Counted from the first letter of the stretch, positions 19,968 through 31,083 are shown. The stretch: DNA of 64,000 bases from Cyanobacteria bacterium auto_48_18 (GCA_036170915.1 JAVHQC010000032.1:32001-96000), one strand, 5' to 3'. Program-made: numbers and translations. Notes: generated by a model from the letters alone, not told the origin.

Positions 19968-22103
19968 ATGATGGAAAACGAAGAAGGAAACAACACTCCA
20001 ACTGCATTTTTAGTTGATCTGGTCTCCAATCGGAAGATCCCAGTCGCTACACCCAGATGTCGAGTCGGCCGCGACGATCTCAATGACATCGTCATAAGCG
20101 GCGATCAGTCTATATCAAGATTTCATTTCATCATCAGCTACGAAAATGATGAGTTTACCGTTCAGGATGCTAAGAGCCGTCACGGCACATTCTTGAATGG
20201 CAATCAGATTACGACACCCGAAAATATTAAAGACGGTGACGTTCTAAAAGTAGGCGTGTCACTGTTCTGGTTTGTCGTCGAAGGCGTACAAGTTCCAGGG
20301 TCCGAGCCGGTCAGCCAACCAACCGTTTCAGCCATCAGCGGCGAGCGCTCAGACGGTGTAGGCATCACAGTCAAATCGCATTCTTCGGTCAGCAGCGACC
20401 TAACGTCACCCATGACCGAAACCAGCGTCCATCTCAAAGCTCTGGAAGATCCAAATTCAAAAAAAGAAACGCAAGAGATGGCCAAGATAGATGCCAACGT
20501 TCTGGACAAGCTCGAAGAAGCGGCTAACTCTATTCAAATAGAGCCTAAACCAGATGGCCCGAAAGCCTCACTGGCATCGCTTTTACAGCCGCTGGCAACT
20601 GAGGTTGTGCAAAGCAATGAAGACGCGGTCAAAGCCAAGATAGCCGCTCAAGATAAGGAATTGCTCAGCGATCTTGAAGGTAGCGATAGCGATGCTGCAG
20701 CCGAGCCAATAAGTGAGTCGCCAGCAGCAGTTACAGCTGGGGCTGCAGACGCAGCGGCGTCTGAACTGGCCACTTCATCTTTTGAACCACAAACTGACGA
20801 TTCCGAAAGTGGGGCTGAGCTGAGTACTCCACCCGCCAAAATATTGAACAAACCCAGTGACACTGTCACACTCGAGGCTCTGCAGCCGACTGGGCTGGCA
20901 TCTTCTTTAAAATCGTCACCACAAGAAGATGGGGCTGGCCTGAACAACAAATCAGAACTTTCTGAAGCAAAGAGTACGAATTCATACAGTTCTGGCCCAG
21001 ATGCTGGAATAATTGATACGTCTTCGGAAACTACCAGCTTTGAGCCGGAAGACAAGGTGTCTAGTCCTAAACAAGGTTTAGGCAACCTTCTCAATAATTA
21101 TGTTGAGGAGCAGCCCGCCGAATCATTAAAGTCTGAACCCGCGCTTGAATCTGAAAGCAAAGTAGAAGCCACCGTGGCCGAAGCGCAGCCAGAACCTGCC
21201 GAAGCGGAAAAGGCTACTGAACCAGTAGCACTCGCAGAAAAAAATGAGGAAGCAAGCGATTCAGTACAAGCTGAGCCAACGGTCTCAACAGCCGAAAGCT
21301 CGTCTGCAAGTGCTGAGATCATGAAAGAATCTGGTTCTAATGGCTCAGGACTGAGCGGTTCTTTAAAATTAGATGATGCAATTTCACAACGAGCGGGGGC
21401 TACTAACGTGCCGGACTGGACAAAACGATATTTCTCAGATGAAATCGCTAAGCTCAACACTGAGCTCGATGAACTGAATGAACAAGTAAAACTCGCACAA
21501 CAAAAAATCCGCGACGTCGAAACTCGCGTGGCGTTGACCAAAGGCGTACGCAATACTTTGCTTACCACCACCGGTGATGAACTGGTTGAAGCCTGCGGTA
21601 AAGTGCTGAGCTTAATCGGTTGGAAAGTCACAATCGCTGCGGATGATAAACACGAATTGCGTCTTGAAGTCGATGACAAACAGGTTTGCATCGCTCGAGT
21701 AATATGGACCACAACGCAAGCCGAACGTTCACACTTAGGGCAACTGTCTATTTCACAGACCCGTTACTGGTGCGAAAAAGGCACCGAGCCTAAAGGCATT
21801 TTGATCGTCAGCAAGATTAGCGATCAACCACCTACAGGTATTGGTTCTTCAACAGAAGAAGCCGAACTGGCCGAATATGCAGCTAAGAAAAATGTCTGCT
21901 TAATGACCACCATGCAACTGCTCTCTCTCTACAAAGAAGTAGCGCTAGACGACGCCAAACCTGATTCATTGCGAACCGCAATTATCGCGGCAAGCGGCTG
22001 GCTATCAGGGCACGACCTTGAACCAGGCAGCAGTGAATCAGTAGAAAAAGATGAGACCAGTTCGAATCAATCGAATAAACTCAGCTCACTTTTATCTGCC
22101 TGA
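19968..22103 (+). CDS. FHA-domain protein with a long acidic disordered linker, coiled coil and C-terminal alpha/beta domain
   Basis: N-terminal FHA (CRVGRD...SISRFH...SRHGTFLNG); ~370 aa of S/E/A/P-rich sequence; coiled coil IAKLNTELDELNEQVKLAQQKIRDVE; globular C-terminus. Confidence 0.9.
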   Translation: MMENEEGNNTPTAFLVDLVSNRKIPVATPRCRVGRDDLNDIVISGDQSISRFHFIISYENDEFTVQDAKSRHGTFLNGNQITTPENIKDGDVLKVGVSLFWFVVEGVQVPGSEPVSQPTVSAISGERSDGVGITVKSHSSVSSDLTSPMTETSVHLKALEDPNSKKETQEMAKIDANVLDKLEEAANSIQIEPKPDGPKASLASLLQPLATEVVQSNEDAVKAKIAAQDKELLSDLEGSDSDAAAEPISESPAAVTAGAADAAASELATSSFEPQTDDSESGAELSTPPAKILNKPSDTVTLEALQPTGLASSLKSSPQEDGAGLNNKSELSEAKSTNSYSSGPDAGIIDTSSETTSFEPEDKVSSPKQGLGNLLNNYVEEQPAESLKSEPALESESKVEATVAEAQPEPAEAEKATEPVALAEKNEEASDSVQAEPTVSTAESSSASAEIMKESGSNGSGLSGSLKLDDAISQRAGATNVPDWTKRYFSDEIAKLNTELDELNEQVKLAQQKIRDVETRVALTKGVRNTLLTTTGDELVEACGKVLSLIGWKVTIAADDKHELRLEVDDKQVCIARVIWTTTQAERSHLGQLSISQTRYWCEKGTEPKGILIVSKISDQPPTGIGSSTEEAELAEYAAKKNVCLMTTMQLLSLYKEVALDDAKPDSLRTAIIAASGWLSGHDLEPGSSESVEKDETSSNQSNKLSSLLSA

Positions 22104-22136
22104 CGCAGTATAGAAGCCAATTGATGCATCAACTTT

Positions 22137-22173
22137 AAAGAAACCGGTGCTCATTCTGGCGCCGGTTTCTTTT
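22137..22173 (+). terminator. Intrinsic terminator after the FHA gene
   Basis: AAAGAAACCGGTGC-N8-GCGCCGGTTTCTTT hairpin with a T-rich tail. Confidence 0.75.
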
Positions 22174-22214
22174 GCGTTTATTTTAGCGACTGTCATTTAT
22201 AGGTATCCTCAGTC

Positions 22215-23210
22215 TTGCAGCCCGCCAAAATCAATATTATTCTTGGCTTTCTCACCATCTACCTGATTTGGGGCTCCACATACATAGCAATTAAATTTGC
22301 CCTGGAAAGTTTTCCACCTTTTCTGCTTGGCGCCAGCCGCTTCACCATTGCCGGGCTTTTGATGTGCATTTGGATGCTAATGCGCGGTGCGCCAAGACCG
22401 CTAGCCAGTCACATTCTGCCCTCGTTGGTGCTCGGTTTATTGTTACTTGTTTTTGGCAGCATGGGAGTAGTGTTGGCGGAGAAAACCGTGCCCTCAGGCA
22501 TGGTATCGCTTTTGGTGGCAATGGTGCCGGTTGATATTGTACTTCTGCAATGGCTGACAGGCGGGCCGAAACCCACAGCCAAAGTTATTGCCGGTTTGAT
22601 TATTGGTGTCGCCGGCCTAACGGTTTTGCTTGAACCAGCAAAAATCGCTGGCGGAGCCGGTATAGATTTTACTGGAGTGACTTATGTGCTCCTCGGCTGC
22701 CTGGGATCTGCCGCCGGCGCCATTTATTCGAGACGGGCTAACCTTCCGCAATCGCAACAGCTTGCTGCCGGCATGGAAATGTTATTCGCCGGTTTGATTT
22801 TGTTTGCCATCGCAGCTGGTGCCGGTGAGTTTTCGCAGCTCGCTAATATTCACATCTCACTAAAATCTTTTCTCGCCTGGCTTTATCTACTTGTTTTTGG
22901 TTCCATGCTGGCTTTCTCCGTCTACATCTGGCTTCTGAAGCATGTTAATCCTGCTCACGTTTCGACCTACGCTTATGTTAATCCGGTGGTGGCAATTTTT
23001 CTCGGCTGCACTCTGGCAGATGAAACAATTTCGCCACAGACTTTCATCGGTGCTGCCATCATTCTTCTAGCGGTATGGCTTATTACTCAGTCAAATTCCA
23101 AAGCGCCAGAACTGGCTCTTCCACTGGCCGGAGACGCGACTGCACTGGAAGCCTGCGCTCTGAGCTCCAGCGATCATCCAGTCAAAACCACACAACATAG
23201 TGAGGAATAA
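22215..23210 (+). CDS. EamA/DMT-family transporter (YedA-like)
   Basis: IYLIWGSTYIAIK, PPFLLGASRF, YLLVFGS and STYAYVNPVVAIFLG motifs; about 10 TM segments; TTG start. Confidence 0.92.
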   Translation: MQPAKINIILGFLTIYLIWGSTYIAIKFALESFPPFLLGASRFTIAGLLMCIWMLMRGAPRPLASHILPSLVLGLLLLVFGSMGVVLAEKTVPSGMVSLLVAMVPVDIVLLQWLTGGPKPTAKVIAGLIIGVAGLTVLLEPAKIAGGAGIDFTGVTYVLLGCLGSAAGAIYSRRANLPQSQQLAAGMEMLFAGLILFAIAAGAGEFSQLANIHISLKSFLAWLYLLVFGSMLAFSVYIWLLKHVNPAHVSTYAYVNPVVAIFLGCTLADETISPQTFIGAAIILLAVWLITQSNSKAPELALPLAGDATALEACALSSSDHPVKTTQHSEE

Positions 23211-23231
23211 ACAGAGCTCTGTCCGGTAAGC

Positions 23232-26200
23232 TTACACCGGCTGATCTACTGGTTCAGCCCGTGACTCCCGATTACGCATCAATCTTGTCTGCAAGCGATC
23301 CAGATAAATATAAAACACAGGGGTGATATAGAGCGTCACCACCTGCGATACCAGCAGACCACCCACTACAGTTAAACCTAGAGGCTGCCTTGACTCCGAA
23401 CCGGCGCCCAGACCCACGGCAATAGGCACAGCCCCCATCAGGGCCGCCATAGTGGTCATCATAATCGGCCTGAAGCGAGTCAGGCAGGCTTCATAAATTG
23501 CCTGCTCGGGAGGTTTGCCGTGTTCGCGTTCGGCATCGAGGGCAAAGTCAATCATCATAATGGCATTTTTCTTGACGATGCCAATAAGCATGATCAGGCC
23601 GAGAAAACCATAGATATCCAGATCATGGTGCGTCACCATCAGCACAATCAGCGCGCCTAAACCGGCAGACGGCAAACCAGAGAGAATCGTAATAGGATGC
23701 ACAAAGCTTTCATAAAGAATGCCGAGCACAATATAAATTACCAAAATGGCAATCAGAAGCAAAACCCAGAGATTGGCAAATGAGTCTTCAAAGGCCGCGG
23801 CAGTGCCCTGAAAGGCGGTTGTAACAGATTTAGGCACCACTTGAGCGGCTATTTGATTGATGGCAGTGACAGCGTCTCCCAACGACGTGCCCTGCTTCAA
23901 ATTGAAAGAAATAGTGACCGACGAGAATTGCCCCAGATGGTTAACCAAAAGCGGACCTACGCCTGTTTCTATCTGAGCGATGGTATCAAGAGGCACTAAT
24001 TTGCCTGTGCTGGACCGCAAAAACAATTGCTTGAGCACAGCCGGATCTCGATAGAAGCGAGGCATTACCTCAATAATCACCCAGTATTGATTTGACGGAG
24101 TGTACATGGTTGAAATCTGACGAGTGGCGTAGGCGCTGGAAAGCGCGTCCTCCACTTGTTGCATGGTCAAGCCTAACTCAGAACACTTATCGCGATTGAC
24201 AGTGAGGTGAATTTCTGGATTATCCACCTGCATGTCGCTGGCTACGTCGGCCACTCCCGGCAGCTCTTTCACTTTCTCAAGTAGTGCTTTGCTGGCTTTG
24301 TAGAGTTCTTCACGATTGGGACTCGACAAAGTAAATTGGTACAGCGATTTTGTTACCTGGCCGCCGATTGTGACAGTGGGTGGATTTTGCAAAAATGAAT
24401 TGATACCAGGAACGGTGGCTAGCTTATCCGACAGCTCGCCGATTACTTCGTGAATTGACTTCTTGCGCACATCTTTAGGCTTAAGCACGATAAGAATGCG
24501 CCCCTGATTGAGAGCAATGTTGGGGCTGCCGTTGCCAACTCCTAAACTTGACATATAGCTTTTGACATTGGCATCTTTAGCAATAATTTCAGTCAAGCTT
24601 TTATGCAGCCTCACCATGGCATCATATGAGGTGCCCTGTTCGGCCTCAGTCATACAAACTATTTGTGAGGTGTCTTCCGTAGGCATAAATCCTTTAGGAA
24701 TAACGACAAACAGATAAGCAGTGGCGACAAACATCATGGTGAAAATAACCATCACCGATGGCTTATTGCTCAAAGCTATAGAAAGCGACCAATCATATAA
24801 AGCCAACCCTCGCTTAAACACGCTCTCTGCGGCGCGTACCAGCAGGCCCTGTTCTTCTTTCTTCTCGGCTTTAAGAAAACGGCTGCAGAGCATGGGCGTA
24901 AGGCTGATGGAAATAAATCCTGAAATCAAAATGGCAATTGAGATAGTTACGGCAAATTCATTGAAAAGACGGCCCACAATGCCGGGTAAAAGCAAAACCG
25001 GAATGAACACCGCCACCAGAGATAGAGTCATAGATAGAATGGTAAAGCCAATTTCTCTTGAGCCATTTAGCGCAGCCTCCATGGGCGTCTCGCCCAGCTC
25101 CAGGTGGCGCACTATGTTTTCCAGCATGACGATGGCATCGTCAACAACAAAACCGACAGAAAGAGACAGGGCCATGAGCGACAAATTATCGAGACTGAAA
25201 CCGAGCAATTTCATCGCCGCAAAAGTACCGACAACAGAAATAGGCAGAGCCAAACTGGGAATAACGGTAGCCGACAGATTGCCGAGAAAAACGAAAATCA
25301 CCATGACCACAAGAGCCACGGTCAAAAGCAGCGTAAACTGCACATCTTGAACCGATTCGCGAATAGTCTGCGACTGGTCGTAAAGCACATCTAAATGAAC
25401 AGACTCTGGTGTGATTGATTTAAAGGTGGGCAACAATTTCTGAATGCTGTCTACAACCTGAATCGTATTGGCACCAGGCTGCTTTAGCACGGCCAAAATT
25501 ACTGCAGGCTTGCCGTTAAACTCGCCGCCTGATTTATCATTTTGCACACTGTCAATTACACGGCCAAGGTTCGAAAGCCTGATTGGAGCGTTGTTCTGAT
25601 AAGCAACAATGACCGGTTTATAAGCCTCGGCATCAAGCAATTGGCCATTTGATTGAATGGTAAAAGCCTGATGCTTACCCCAGAGCGTGCCGGTGGGCTG
25701 GTTTTGATTAGCCGACATCACAGCGCTCATGACGTCATTGATGCCCAGTCCATAAGTGGCGAGCCTCTGTGGATTAACTTGCACACGCACAGCGTATGCC
25801 TGCGAGCCATTAACTTGTACCTGAGCCACTCCGCTTATGCGGGAGATGCGCTGAGCAATTAAAGTTTCAGCAAAATAATCGACTTTATGCAAAGGCAAAC
25901 TATCAGAACTGACCGCCAGATAAATGACCGGCTGGCTGGCCGGATTGACTTTGGCAAAAGTGGGAGGCATGGTCATCTGCGGCGGCAACTGTTTAGAAGC
26001 GGCTGTGATTGCCGCTTGAACGTCAAGCGAAGCGCCATCCATATCGCGACTGGGATCAAACTGCAAAGTAATTAGTGATTGGCTGAGCGTGCTGGTGGAA
26101 GTCATCTGCGTTAAACCGGCAATGGTGGCAAATTGTTTTTCCAGGGGCATCGATACCGCCGAAGCCATGGTTTCTGCGCTGGCACCAGGCAGAGTACCGG

Positions 26201-26342
26201 TTATCTGCAGGGTGGGAAAATCGACGTTAGGCAAGTCACTAATAGGCAGCGTTCGATAGCCCATCAAACCAAAAAATAGAATTGCCACCATCACCAGTGT
26301 GGTCATTACCGGCCTTTTGATAAAAATGGCGCTAAGATTCAT
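23232..26342 (-). CDS. RND efflux permease, MdtB/MdtC (MuxB/C)-like, second copy
   Basis: FIKRPVMTTL, LPNVDFPT, GFVVDDAIVMLENI, GIVKKNAIMMIDFA and RFRPIMMTT motifs. Confidence 0.95.
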   Translation of the reverse strand: MNLSAIFIKRPVMTTLVMVAILFFGLMGYRTLPISDLPNVDFPTLQITGTLPGASAETMASAVSMPLEKQFATIAGLTQMTSTSTLSQSLITLQFDPSRDMDGASLDVQAAITAASKQLPPQMTMPPTFAKVNPASQPVIYLAVSSDSLPLHKVDYFAETLIAQRISRISGVAQVQVNGSQAYAVRVQVNPQRLATYGLGINDVMSAVMSANQNQPTGTLWGKHQAFTIQSNGQLLDAEAYKPVIVAYQNNAPIRLSNLGRVIDSVQNDKSGGEFNGKPAVILAVLKQPGANTIQVVDSIQKLLPTFKSITPESVHLDVLYDQSQTIRESVQDVQFTLLLTVALVVMVIFVFLGNLSATVIPSLALPISVVGTFAAMKLLGFSLDNLSLMALSLSVGFVVDDAIVMLENIVRHLELGETPMEAALNGSREIGFTILSMTLSLVAVFIPVLLLPGIVGRLFNEFAVTISIAILISGFISISLTPMLCSRFLKAEKKEEQGLLVRAAESVFKRGLALYDWSLSIALSNKPSVMVIFTMMFVATAYLFVVIPKGFMPTEDTSQIVCMTEAEQGTSYDAMVRLHKSLTEIIAKDANVKSYMSSLGVGNGSPNIALNQGRILIVLKPKDVRKKSIHEVIGELSDKLATVPGINSFLQNPPTVTIGGQVTKSLYQFTLSSPNREELYKASKALLEKVKELPGVADVASDMQVDNPEIHLTVNRDKCSELGLTMQQVEDALSSAYATRQISTMYTPSNQYWVIIEVMPRFYRDPAVLKQLFLRSSTGKLVPLDTIAQIETGVGPLLVNHLGQFSSVTISFNLKQGTSLGDAVTAINQIAAQVVPKSVTTAFQGTAAAFEDSFANLWVLLLIAILVIYIVLGILYESFVHPITILSGLPSAGLGALIVLMVTHHDLDIYGFLGLIMLIGIVKKNAIMMIDFALDAEREHGKPPEQAIYEACLTRFRPIMMTTMAALMGAVPIAVGLGAGSESRQPLGLTVVGGLLVSQVVTLYITPVFYIYLDRLQTRLMRNRESRAEPVDQPV

Positions 26343-29300
26343 CTGGCTTCCTCAAAATTTTCTTGTTCACTTTCACTGCCGTCGGCTTTGCGAAACCGGC
26401 GCAAGCGTGGCATTCTAAAGGCGGTGCGGCTATTGACAAAGTGCTGAAAGCGGTCCAAATAAATGTAAAACACTGGAGTGATATAAAGTGTCACCAGCTG
26501 CGAAACTAATAATCCGCCCACAATGGTCAAACCTAAAGTTTGCCTAGATTCGGCACCTTCACCAAGGCCGATGGCAATAGGCAGACTGCCGAGAATGGCT
26601 GCCAGCGTGGTCATCATGATTGGCCTGAACCTAACCAAACAGGCTTCATATATTGCTTCTTCAGCAGTCAAATTGCGCTGACGCTTAACGTCTATAGCAA
26701 AATCAATCATCATGATGGCATTTTTCTTGACGATACCAACCAGTAAAATTAAGCCTAGAAAACCATAAACGTCTAAACTCAAATTGAAAATCAACAAGAT
26801 CAAAAGAGCTCCCAGCCCGGCGGAAGGCAGACCCGAGAGAATAGTGAGAGGGTGAATGAAACTCTCATATAAAATTCCCAGCACCAGATAAATGATGATG
26901 ATAGAGATCAGCAATAGTATGCCGAGATTTTTTGTTGAACTCTCAAAGGCTTGAGCGGTGCCCTGAAAGCTTCCGGTCACGTCTTCAGGCAAGCCCTTCG
27001 CCACCAGTTCTTTGACGGGCCCCACAGCGTCGCTGAGTGCCACTCCTGGCTTAAGATTGAATGAAACAGTGACCGATGGGAATTGACCCAAATGGTTAAC
27101 CAATAGCGGGCCGGCACCGCGCTCGAGCCTGGCCACAGTATCGAGTGGTATCAATTGACCCGCGGCTGTGCGCACATTAAACCAGTGCAACATCGAAGGG
27201 TCTTCCATGTACCTGGGCTCCACTTCTAGAATTACCCAGTACTGGTTGGTGGGTGTATAAATAACCGAAACCTGTCTGGCGGAATAGGCGCTATTGAGCG
27301 CATCTTGCACCGATTGGACACTGATACCAAGTCTGGCACATTTATCTCTATCGATTTCGACATTGAGCTGCAAATTCTTCACTTGCAAATCGCTGTTTAC
27401 GTCTTGCAAGTCAGGCATGGCCTTGAGCTTGGCTTCAAAGTCACGAGCGGCTTTGTAGAGCTCCGGCAACTCAGAACCAGACAAGGCCACTTGATACTGT
27501 GCTTTAGTGAGCTGCCCGCCGATGCGAATGCCCCCCAAATTTTGCATAAATAAACTAATGCCTGGCACATTGGCAGTTTTTTGCCGCAGCTCTTGAATGA
27601 CTTGATCGATTGTGGCGTGGCCAGGGCGCTCTGACCTCATTTTTAAGACCATAAAAATGCGGCCTTGATTGACGGCGGCATTGGGGCCACTTGCCCCCAC
27701 CGACGACATGGCACCACGCACGCTACCATTTTCTCTGACGATATCGGCAAGCATAATCTGATGGCGCTTCATTTCTTCAAACGACACGCCTTCAATAGCC
27801 TGAGTCATACCAAATATTTGCCCAGAATCTTCACTGGCCATGAAACCTTTAGGAATCACTGCCAGAAGATAACCGGTGGCACCAAGCATAACAGCGAAGC
27901 TTACCAGCACCATCACCTTGTGCCTTAATGCCGGCTTCAACGTGAAATCATAGAAGCTCAGCAGACGCCCAAAGACTCCCTCAGAAAAATCGTACAGCCA
28001 ACCTTTCTTTTCTTGCGGTCGCAGAAACCGGCTACAGAGCATGGGTGTAAGAGAAAGCGAAACAAAACCGGAAATTAAAATAGCCACTGAAATAGTGACG
28101 GCAAATTCAAAAAACAATCGGCCGATGATACCGCCGAGCAATAATATTGGAATAAATACAGCGATGAGCGATACGGTCATTGATACCACTGTAAAACCAA
28201 TTTCGCGCGAACCATTAACGGCAGCCAATAGTGGCGGCTCGCCGGCTTCGATATGGCGCACTATGTTTTCTAGAACAACAATGGCGTCATCTACCACAAA
28301 GCCCACCGACAGAGTTAGAGCCATGAGCGAAATATTGTTGAGCGTAAAGCCAAACAATTTCATAGCGGCAAAAGTACCGATCAGTGCGATGGGCAGCGTG
28401 ACGCTGGCAATGAGAGTGGTTGAGAGACTTCCCAGCGCGAGAATAATCACGAGAATAACGAGAAAAACGGTAATCAAAAGCGTTAGTTTTACATCGCCTA
28501 CAGAGCGCCTGATGGACAAACTACGATCATAAAAAACATTGAGATTAACAGCACCAGGCAAAACCGCTCTAAAATTAGGCATCATCTTTTTGATGGCGTC
28601 CACAATCTCTATGGTGTTGGTGCCCGGTTGGCGCTGGACGGCTAAAATAATGGCGCGACTGCCGTTGTACCAGCTGGCCACTTTGTCGGTCTGCACGCTA
28701 TCAATGACGGTGCCCACATCTCTTATGCGCACCGGGGCACCATTTTTATGGGTGATAATCAAGGGCATAAAAGCAGCTGCATTGTACAGCTGCCCGTTTA
28801 CCCTGATGTTGTATGCGGTATCAGGTCCCGACAATGTGCCCGTGGGCAAATTGACATTGGCCTGGCGAATGGCCGTGGCTACTTCATCAATGCCGATACC
28901 GTAAGCTGCAAGTTTTCGCGGGTCTACCTGCACATGCGGGGCATAAATTTGCGAGCCCATCACTTGCACCTGAGCCACCCCACTGGTCATGGAAATGCGC
29001 GGAGCAATGACGTTCTCTGCATACTCATCAACTGTATAAAGTGGAAGAGTGGTGGAATTCAAAGCAATATAAAGAATCGGTGCATCAGACGGATTGACCT
29101 TGCGAAAAGTTGGCGGGCTAGGCATACTGGCCGGCAGCCAGGCCCTTGCGGCAACAATGGCAGCCTGTACATCTTGAGCGGCACCATCGATGCTGCGGTC
29201 AAGCGCAAACTGTAAAGTGATGGCCGTAGTACCAGTGGCCGAAGTCGAGTTCATTGATTCGAGGCCGGCAATGCCACTGAATTGTTTCTCTAAAGGAGTG

Positions 29301-29491
29301 GCCACAGCAGAAGCCATGGTTTCTGCGTTTGCCCCTGGTAAACCAGCGCTGACACTGATGGTAGGGAAATCTACTGCCGGTAAATCGTTTACAGGCAATG
29401 TGAAATAAGCAATTAGCCCGAATACGATCAGTGCCACCATAGTTAGTGTGGTCATCACCGGACGCATAATAAAGGGCAGAGAAATATTCAA
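26339..29491 (-). CDS. RND efflux permease, MdtB/MdtC (MuxB/C)-like, first copy
   Basis: Same motif set (GFVVDDAIVVLENI, KKNAIMMIDFA, RFRPIMMTT). Probable TTG start at 29491 after GAGGA; 4-bp overlap with the next gene. Confidence 0.95.
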   Translation of the reverse strand: MNISLPFIMRPVMTTLTMVALIVFGLIAYFTLPVNDLPAVDFPTISVSAGLPGANAETMASAVATPLEKQFSGIAGLESMNSTSATGTTAITLQFALDRSIDGAAQDVQAAIVAARAWLPASMPSPPTFRKVNPSDAPILYIALNSTTLPLYTVDEYAENVIAPRISMTSGVAQVQVMGSQIYAPHVQVDPRKLAAYGIGIDEVATAIRQANVNLPTGTLSGPDTAYNIRVNGQLYNAAAFMPLIITHKNGAPVRIRDVGTVIDSVQTDKVASWYNGSRAIILAVQRQPGTNTIEIVDAIKKMMPNFRAVLPGAVNLNVFYDRSLSIRRSVGDVKLTLLITVFLVILVIILALGSLSTTLIASVTLPIALIGTFAAMKLFGFTLNNISLMALTLSVGFVVDDAIVVLENIVRHIEAGEPPLLAAVNGSREIGFTVVSMTVSLIAVFIPILLLGGIIGRLFFEFAVTISVAILISGFVSLSLTPMLCSRFLRPQEKKGWLYDFSEGVFGRLLSFYDFTLKPALRHKVMVLVSFAVMLGATGYLLAVIPKGFMASEDSGQIFGMTQAIEGVSFEEMKRHQIMLADIVRENGSVRGAMSSVGASGPNAAVNQGRIFMVLKMRSERPGHATIDQVIQELRQKTANVPGISLFMQNLGGIRIGGQLTKAQYQVALSGSELPELYKAARDFEAKLKAMPDLQDVNSDLQVKNLQLNVEIDRDKCARLGISVQSVQDALNSAYSARQVSVIYTPTNQYWVILEVEPRYMEDPSMLHWFNVRTAAGQLIPLDTVARLERGAGPLLVNHLGQFPSVTVSFNLKPGVALSDAVGPVKELVAKGLPEDVTGSFQGTAQAFESSTKNLGILLLISIIIIYLVLGILYESFIHPLTILSGLPSAGLGALLILLIFNLSLDVYGFLGLILLVGIVKKNAIMMIDFAIDVKRQRNLTAEEAIYEACLVRFRPIMMTTLAAILGSLPIAIGLGEGAESRQTLGLTIVGGLLVSQLVTLYITPVFYIYLDRFQHFVNSRTAFRMPRLRRFRKADGSESEQENFEEAR

Positions 29492-29531
29492 AAACAATTC
29501 CTCACCGCACAGCAAAGTTGATTTGATTTAC

Positions 29532-31064
29532 TTAGCGGCGCACTGAATCAGTTACCTTTTGCACTGGGGTCTCTTCTTTAACAGTGCCGTCACTCTTAAT
29601 TGACGTTTCCACTTCACTATCGTTATCGGCAGCTCTTTCTTTTTGCACTTTCACTTTTGAGCCGGGGCTGAGTTGCAATTGCCCGTCAACAACCACGCTC
29701 TCGCCAACTTTAATGCCACTGGTGATGGCCACCATTTCTCCAGAACTCTGACCGAGTTTTACTTTAACTAGTTGAACCGTACTATCTGGCTTTAACACGT
29801 AGATAGCGTTGCCCTGCTGCGTTGTTTGCACTGCCCGCGATGGCACTACAACCGACTGCCCTGCGGGAGGCATAGATATTAAGACATCCACAAATTGGCC
29901 AGGAAAGAGCTTCTGCCCTTCATTGGCAAAACTAGCGCGCAACAAAATCGTGCCTGTATTAGTGTTGACAGTATTTTCCATAAAGGAAATATGGCCCTTG
30001 ACCGCTTCAGCCTTGCGCCCTTCAACCAGTGCCTGCAACTTCAATGTGCCGTTTGCCTGCGACCGTCTTAAATCGTTGAGATACTGCTCAGGCACGGTGA
30101 CGGTAACGTAAATAGGATTTACTTGAGCGATGGTCACCAGCGGTTGAGTGGAAGTATTCGAAACTACGTTGCCCTCATAGACATTGAGGCTGCCGGTGCG
30201 ACCAGTAATTGGAGAATAAATTTTGGTCCAACTAAGTTGCAGGCGAGCTTGATCTACCAGACCCTGATCTGCGCGCAACGTGCCTCGAGCGGTCTCGATA
30301 GCTGCGCGGTCGCCCCTGGTGACCGCTTTAGCATTCTCGATTACTTTCAGGTCGGCTTCAATGGTGGCTTCAGCCTGAGTAGCGCTGGTCAATACTTGAT
30401 CGCTTTGTTCTTTAGAAACAGCGCCCTCGCGAACAAGCTCAGCGTAACGTGTCATCTGCGTATCGGTGTATTTAGCCTGCGCTTTGTCTCTGCGCAAATT
30501 AGCGTGATACTGACCGATCATAGCCTGGTCACGAGCCAGGTTGGCTTGGGCTGCCTCGACCTGTGCACGGTCACGAGCCACGTGACCTTCTGCTTGAGCT
30601 AAGGCTGCCTCATACGATCTCGGATCGATCTGGAAGAGCAAAGCACCCTTTTTCACCGTTTCACCTTGAGTGAAATGCACTTTCAAAAGCTGACCGCTCA
30701 CCTGCGGCGTAATATTAACTACTGAAAAAGGCGTGACATTACCGATACTTCTGAGTTCAATGGGCAATGCTTTCTGAGTGGCCACCGCTACAACCACCGG
30801 CACAATTTTGTCTTTGCCACTCTTTTCGCCTTTGCCAGAGGTGCCCTGACCGCCTCTTTCGCCAGCCATCTGTTTATTCTCATGATGGCTTAAAGGGCTT
30901 AGTGTATAGGCACCATATGCGCCACCGGCCAGCAGCAAAGCAATCAAACCAAATAGAACCACTTTATTTTGTTTAGGCTTAGGTGAATCATGACGCGCAG
31001 GCACACCCGGAAAATCAGGATTTTCGCGTTTAGTACTGGTACTGGTGTCAAGTTCTTCTTTCAT
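29532..31064 (-). CDS. RND periplasmic adaptor (MFP), MdtA-like
   Basis: N-terminal TM anchor; ITPQVSGQLLKVHFTQGETVKKG; long helical hairpin; IYSPITGRTG; LFPGQFV. Confidence 0.93.
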   Translation of the reverse strand: MKEELDTSTSTKRENPDFPGVPARHDSPKPKQNKVVLFGLIALLLAGGAYGAYTLSPLSHHENKQMAGERGGQGTSGKGEKSGKDKIVPVVVAVATQKALPIELRSIGNVTPFSVVNITPQVSGQLLKVHFTQGETVKKGALLFQIDPRSYEAALAQAEGHVARDRAQVEAAQANLARDQAMIGQYHANLRRDKAQAKYTDTQMTRYAELVREGAVSKEQSDQVLTSATQAEATIEADLKVIENAKAVTRGDRAAIETARGTLRADQGLVDQARLQLSWTKIYSPITGRTGSLNVYEGNVVSNTSTQPLVTIAQVNPIYVTVTVPEQYLNDLRRSQANGTLKLQALVEGRKAEAVKGHISFMENTVNTNTGTILLRASFANEGQKLFPGQFVDVLISMPPAGQSVVVPSRAVQTTQQGNAIYVLKPDSTVQLVKVKLGQSSGEMVAITSGIKVGESVVVDGQLQLSPGSKVKVQKERAADNDSEVETSIKSDGTVKEETPVQKVTDSVRR

Positions 31065-31083
31065 TTTCTCTGCCTGATGTCAG

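Noticed and set aside
24721..30602. Long antisense ORFs such as 24721..25350, 28041..28532 and 30123..30602
   Set aside because: They are shadow frames opposite well-supported RND/MFP genes. The same applies to most short alternative-frame ORFs in the track.
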